64,000 bases of DNA from an uncultured Clostridium sp. (lineage in GTDB: Bacteria; Bacillota_I; Bacilli_A; RF39; UBA660). Position 1 is the first letter of the stretch. Each line of letters starts with the position of its first letter. The stretch is taken from NCBI GenBank assembly GCA_946402315.1, contig CAMIWC010000003.1, positions 12,879 to 76,878 of the forward strand, in the 5' to 3' direction. This document shows, in pieces, positions 61,212 through 64,000 of the stretch. The notes below the pieces were generated by a model. That model was given only the letters and a program-made list of their open reading frames with translations, was not told the DNA's origin and made no database searches. Both the position numbers and the translations under genes were made by a program.

Positions 61212-61670
61212 ATGAATGAATTAGAAGAATATTTAAAGCAAGATGTTTTTAATCCTAAATATTTATTTCATGGTACAGCACATGAAATAGAAAAGCTAGA
61301 ATGTAGACAATCTACTGATAGCAAGAATAAGGATAATGAAGATAATGCTATATTTTTAACAAGTTCATTTTATACAGCTGCTGCTTATGCTTTCAGCAGA
61401 CGTTTAAAAGAAATAAATGAACACTATTCATTTTCTATGAATAATAACGGTGAATTACCAGCTATGATATTTGAGGTAGATAATTTGCCAGATGATTTAT
61501 GTGGGTATGTTTATGTTTTTGAAAAAAGTGATGATATGATAAAAGATAATCACCAATGTACTACTCAATATAGATGTTATCATGATTTAAAGCCGCAAAA
61601 AGTTATCAAAATTAGTTATAAAGATTTTGAAGAATTTTTTAATAGAGAAAATAAGTCTAAAAAGATGTAG
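61212..61670 (+). CDS. Hypothetical protein, possible ADP-ribosyltransferase-like fold
   Basis: AGAGGTGA RBS, ATG 61212; YLFHGT...AIFLTSS..TAAAYA...GYVYVF pattern. Confidence 0.6.
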   Translation: MNELEEYLKQDVFNPKYLFHGTAHEIEKLECRQSTDSKNKDNEDNAIFLTSSFYTAAAYAFSRRLKEINEHYSFSMNNNGELPAMIFEVDNLPDDLCGYVYVFEKSDDMIKDNHQCTTQYRCYHDLKPQKVIKISYKDFEEFFNRENKSKKM

Positions 61671-61671
61671 A

Positions 61672-61718
61672 AAAGGAGATAATCCAAATGAATGAAAATA
61701 AAACTAATATAAACTGGT
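61672..61718 (+). repeat. Copy C: functional RBS and 5' end of rbgA
   Basis: AAAGGAGATAATCCAAATGAATGAAAATAAAACTAATATAAACTGGT|ATCCTGGA. Confidence 0.9.
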
Positions 61719-62563
61719 ATCCTGGACATATGGCTAAAACTAGGAGAGAAATAAAGGATAATATAAATCTAGTTGATATAGTTTATGAAGTAATTGATTC
61801 TAGAATGCCTCTAAGTAGTAAAATCATTGATATAGATGAACTTATTGGTAATAAAGATAAAGTACTTATTATGACTAAATATGACTTATGTGATAAGACT
61901 GAAACAGATAAATTTATAAAATATTATAAGAGTCTTGGATATAAAGTTCTTCCTTTAGATCTTATTAATATGAAAGATGTATCTAAGAAAGTTTTAGAAA
62001 TAAGTAATGATACTTATACTAAAATGAATGATATACGTAAAAATAAGGGGCTTAAACCTCGTAGTTTACGCGCTATGGTTATTGGAGTACCTAATGTAGG
62101 TAAATCTACTTTAATTAATCGTTTAGTTAATAAAAAAGCTGTTAATGTAGGAAACACTCCTGGGGTTACAAAGACTATTAGTTGGATTAGAATTAATAAA
62201 GACCTAGAACTATTGGATACTCCTGGAATACTTTGGCCTAAGTTAGAAAATCAAAAATTTGCTCATAATTTAGCAGTACTTTCATCTATTAAAGAAGAAA
62301 TACTTGATCCAGAACAATTAACTAGTTATATAATTGAAATATTATATAATTTATATCCAGAACAATTAAAAACTAGATATGGAATAGATAAAGTAGACTT
62401 TGATAATTTATTTGATTTATATGATCAAATAGGTAAAAATAGAGGAGCTTTACTTAAAGGTAATTTAGTAGATTATGATAAAGTATTTAGTATTATTATT
62501 AATGATTTAAAAACCAATAAATTTGGTAATATTACTTTTGATAGAATAGAAGAAGTAGAATAA
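61688..62563 (+). CDS. rbgA: Ribosome biogenesis GTPase RbgA (YlqF)
   Basis: INWYPGHMAK, DSRMPLSS, TKYDL, GVPNVGKST, GVT, DTPGILWPK. Confidence 0.97.
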   Translation: MNENKTNINWYPGHMAKTRREIKDNINLVDIVYEVIDSRMPLSSKIIDIDELIGNKDKVLIMTKYDLCDKTETDKFIKYYKSLGYKVLPLDLINMKDVSKKVLEISNDTYTKMNDIRKNKGLKPRSLRAMVIGVPNVGKSTLINRLVNKKAVNVGNTPGVTKTISWIRINKDLELLDTPGILWPKLENQKFAHNLAVLSSIKEEILDPEQLTSYIIEILYNLYPEQLKTRYGIDKVDFDNLFDLYDQIGKNRGALLKGNLVDYDKVFSIIINDLKTNKFGNITFDRIEEVE

Positions 62564-62631
62564 TACTTCTTTTTTTATTTTGTTCTTTAAAAAAATAGAC
62601 ATTGTTGATAAAATATTATTAGGTGATTAAA

Positions 62632-63732
62632 ATGAAGGAATTTATAGATTTATTAGAAAATCTTACAAATGTTGTATTTAAAGGTTTAAATAATTTATCA
62701 GAGAAAATTACATCAGGAAAACATAGTGTTATGATTAAAACTATAATTAGAGTGGTCTTAATAATACTACTATTCTGGTTAATAGGAATACTATTTAACG
62801 CTATAGAATATTTAGGAGTATTTATTATATATACTGTAGGAATGTCTGGAAGATTAGTTGTTTCTACAATATGGAAAATAATTGTAGAATTAACTTATGC
62901 TTTATTTATTATCGTAGCTTTATATAAATTACTTGCTAATTATAAGAATAATTCTAAAGAGAAATTACTATTTAAAAATAAAAAGAAAGATGATAAAGCT
63001 AAAGATAAGTTCTTTAGTACAGCAAATATATTTATTAAAGTACTATCTATAATCATATTAATTCCATTATTTATCGTAGATATTGGTGCTTTATATGTAT
63101 TTGGTTTACTATTTGGACTTATTGGAGAAGGTATAAACTTATCTAGTTTATTTATAATGGTATTTGGTATTATCTTATTTGTTACATCTCTAATATTATT
63201 AGTTAAGAGTCTATTATCAAATAATGATAAAATACCTAGTAAATTCTTCTTTGTTACAATAGTATCTATCTTTGTAATGGCATTTAGTGGAATCTTATTT
63301 GTAATTGAAACTAAAGATTATAAGAGAGTAGATTCTCTTACAAATGATTTTAAGATTACTACTATTAGACAACAATATAAATTGGATTCTAAAAAGAAAT
63401 ATATTATTTCTAATAATGGTGGATTAAGAAAAATTAATGTTATTTATGATGATGACTTAGGTAGTTATATGGAAGTAGAAATAAAACATTATACTACTAG
63501 TTCTATTGATACTTATGTAAGAGAAGGAAATAAAGAAACAATAATTAGTTATAATCAAGATCTAAAACTAGAATTTGAAGATATTGAAAAAGTATATAAT
63601 TTAGTTCTTTCTTGTTTAAAAGAAAAGAGAATATATAATTATAATTTATTAAAATATGGGGATATTACTATTAGAGTATCTAGTGAATATAAAGATAACA
63701 TTAAAGTAGCTAACAGAGTAGAAAATGATTAA
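62632..63732 (+). CDS. Hypothetical multi-pass membrane protein
   Basis: Several TMs followed by a soluble C-terminal domain. Confidence 0.7.
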   Translation: MKEFIDLLENLTNVVFKGLNNLSEKITSGKHSVMIKTIIRVVLIILLFWLIGILFNAIEYLGVFIIYTVGMSGRLVVSTIWKIIVELTYALFIIVALYKLLANYKNNSKEKLLFKNKKKDDKAKDKFFSTANIFIKVLSIIILIPLFIVDIGALYVFGLLFGLIGEGINLSSLFIMVFGIILFVTSLILLVKSLLSNNDKIPSKFFFVTIVSIFVMAFSGILFVIETKDYKRVDSLTNDFKITTIRQQYKLDSKKKYIISNNGGLRKINVIYDDDLGSYMEVEIKHYTTSSIDTYVREGNKETIISYNQDLKLEFEDIEKVYNLVLSCLKEKRIYNYNLLKYGDITIRVSSEYKDNIKVANRVEND

Positions 63733-64000
63733 TATAAATAATTATGAATATGAACAAGAATTAATAGATCAAGGTATTACTTTAATAGCAGGAGTAGATG
63801 AAGTAGGTCGTGGTCCTTTAGTAGGTCCAGTTGTTGTAGCAGCGGTTATTCTTCCAATTGGATATAAATTAGAAGGATTAACTGATAGCAAAAAGTTATC
63901 TATCAAAAAAAGAGAATACTTCTATGATATTATTATGAGAGATGCTATTGATGTTTCTATTGCTTTAGAGAGTGAATTGGTAATAGATGATATAAATATT
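63725..64000 (+). CDS. rnhB: Ribonuclease HII, 3' truncated by window edge
   Basis: [24 protein letters not shown]...LTDSKKLS. Confidence 0.95.
   Translation, partial: MININNYEYEQELIDQGITLIAGVDEVGRGPLVGPVVVAAVILPIGYKLEGLTDSKKLSIKKREYFYDIIMRDAIDVSIALESELVIDDINI

Noticed and set aside
61688-61715. Similarity of TAATATAAACT to the XerD arm of Firmicutes dif (TTATGTAAACT)
   Set aside because: The XerC-side arm does not match, and the observed breakpoint lies outside where a dif spacer would fall; not called as dif.
60388-61718. CRISPR array or IS/prophage interpretation of the triple repeat
   Set aside because: Spacers are ~600-700 bp and contain whole genes; no cas, transposase, terminal inverted repeats or phage genes are present.

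Overview
Very AT-rich chromosomal segment of a low-GC Firmicute (Bacilli). By inference from gene style it resembles uncultured gut RF39-like lineages. The left half (1-31.4 kb) is mostly housekeeping: lepA-hemW-HD-thyX-tmk, a PilB/ComGA-type ATPase with two prepilins, ylbL, ispH, mutS, uvrC, mutL, miaA, mtaB, rimM-trmD, an L19 leader, rplS and lepB. Between lepB and rbgA(ylqF)-rnhB lie ~30 kb of all-plus-strand genes: surface proteins, nfnAB, a yybP-ykoY (Mn2+) riboswitch, a Tyr T-box with an orphan gene ahead of tyrS, a LexA-boxed umuC-yolD pair, an ABC exporter and a run of small cassette-like genes. The most striking signal is that the RBS plus first ~10 codons of rbgA occur three times (about 60388, 60975, 61672). 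The two upstream copies break off at the same base (ACTGGT|) and continue with a shared, partly palindromic arm. They bracket single-gene units of 591 and 694 bp. This looks like an integron-like cassette array whose attachment site is the 5' end of an essential gene, with no integrase in the window. No rRNA, tRNA, CRISPR array, transposase or integrase was recognised.
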